From positions 1,509,608 through 1,573,607 of the forward strand of contig JALDTO010000266.1 of NCBI GenBank assembly GCA_023515725.1: a DNA stretch of 64,000 nt. The letters are read 5' to 3'. Positions within the stretch are counted from its first letter, which is position 1; every line of letters begins with the position of its first letter. The notes under the pieces were generated by a model. It was not told where the DNA came from. It made no database searches and saw nothing but the letters and a program-made list of their open reading frames with translations. Made by a program: the position numbers and the translations under genes. Positions 62,395 through 64,000 of this stretch are shown piece after piece. The DNA comes from Amoeboaphelidium protococcarum X5. Lineage: Eukaryota; Fungi; Aphelidiomycota.

Positions 62395-64000
62395 TCACTT
62401 GCCCAGGTTGCTAATAAGTTACTCCACATTGTGCAGTTGCATTTGCAAATCACCTTCAGTCTTCAACTTCTCAATCTAATTCTTCTCCAGTGTGATACCT
62501 GAAGCTTATTTCAAATGCAACTGCTGAATTGCACGCAACTTTCTCTGTAATCCCAGAGCCTTCTTCTCCAACAAATCTCTCTCCGTCTTTATCTCATTAC
62601 TAACACCACCAGCGTCACCATGTCCATTGCTACTATCAGACTTGGGTTCAACGCGCTACTTCTCGGCCGAATCCACCACAGACTAAGACTTTGACTTTGA
62701 CTAACGATCCTATCTAGATCCTGAATCTTGGTGTAAATTCGACTACTGCGCATTATTGCTAGATGGTAAAGATGATGACTTCTTCTAATCATTGCTGGGA
62801 GTAGTAAAACTAGCTCCAATAACTCCCCTGTTCTACTTTCTTAGATGAGGTGGGACGTAACCAGACTTTTGAGCTCCATTAGACTGACCATTGGCAGATT
62901 GCTACTTTTTCAGCGTAATTTCTTGCAACTTGCCAGCATCAATCGTGATGTCAATTTCTTTAATATCATTTACTGATGCGGTAGACGATGATCCGACTGG
63001 ACGAGCTACTAAGAAGCATTAATACAGTTCTTTGTAAGACTTCTCCCACAGTAAATCACCATATATGTTACGCACCCTGAATCTATTATCTACTCTAAGA
63101 CGCGGGAAAGTGGTGGCACACACGATGCATACGCCCTTAGTATCTGAGCCACTTGTACCATCTACCAAGGACATTGTAGTCACATTGGACAACTCTATGA
63201 AAATCGGAGAATCTTCCTTATACTCAGCGATCAACTTTACGTCCAACGACAGATTACGGTTACCAGCGAGTGGACCGCGTGAATACAAATCCCAAATCTG
63301 AGTGTACCCGGCCAGATTACCATATCCACCAAACAGCAAAAATCTTCCTTCAGGAGATATGCGAACAGTATTACGTGCAAACTATCCAAAATCAAACACT
63401 CGACTGCCTTTAGTGTTATAAAGACCTGCACTACTTGGCGTATTACCGTACACCACCACAAAATTGCTACTCTTATTCTACTCAGGCAGCCAGGTAAAGT
63501 CATGGATAGGGCCAACCTTGTCAAGACCAACTGTAGTACCTATCCCTTCTTGTAGATCAGTGACCGCGTTTCCAGATAACTGAGTATTGAACAGATAAAG
63601 CTTCTGAATTCCATAATAGGATTTATTGGACTTGTCAACGTCTATGGTGCACAATGCAAGACAATGCTGTCCAGAGGTGCTCCATTTAAAAGTGACCTAA
63701 TCAGCCTTAATCACAGCCTTCTCCCCGAGCAATGTAACCGCGTTAGACTTCAAATCATACTGGAACATTCTAATAAAAGCACTGGTATCATTATTCAGCT
63801 GAGTGGCATAAGTCATGATGTATACACAATTGCTATCACTCACCACCGGACACACTTGGAACTGCACCAGCTGCAATCCCTCAACCTGGACCATAGCCAC
63901 AACGGACTTGAATCCATCAGCACTGTGACTAACCAAAGCCTTATTTCCTTCGCCACGCCAGACCATGAAGCGCTCCTACTCATCCCATTGAGGCCGCCAC
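62395..64000 (-). CDS. EIF2A: Eukaryotic translation initiation factor 2A (5' partial)
   Basis: DVDKSNKSYYG, GPIHDFTW, FVVVYGNTP, GYGNLAG, TTFPRLRVDN, C-terminal KKLRAIQQL..LENQ. Confidence 0.93.

Overview
This window is eukaryotic, gene-dense DNA with few introns, and its genes are fungus/Holomycota-like. It uses a non-standard nuclear genetic code in which TAA and TAG encode glutamine and TGA is the only stop (NCBI table 6 type). The supplied standard-code ORF track is therefore fragmented; retranslation joins the pieces into full genes. Fungal-type genes with UAR=Gln fit the aphelid Amoeboaphelidium protococcarum (inference, no search run). About 20 host genes are present: NFX1-like, HAT1, an RBMS-like RRM protein, AAT2, hexokinase, ADE16/17, a TBC protein, DUF3605, SUB2, Rcf-like, HSP70, IMA1, a VPS9 protein, NDUFAF8, LRR-RhoGEF, DID2, EAF6, SKT5, KTI12, C2CD3-like, BET1 and eIF2A. 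Mobile DNA: two nested Copia LTR elements (1-4503), a two-gene pogo element (5052-7050), a CMC/EnSpm-like element (13223-17371), a TIR-less KDZ/Zisupton-like element that splits a signal-peptide gene (37002-41036), and a piggyBac-type MITE (42844-43517). There is also a mosaic of unrelated gene fragments (7.7-9.1 kb) and an inverted 1.13-kb duplicate of the HSP70 3' half. Best leads for something new: an apparently self-priming Copia element, a pogo cargo gene (HIRAN-like plus AT-hook), the TIR-less KDZ element, and a possible gag-UGA readthrough. All translations and coordinates were derived by hand.
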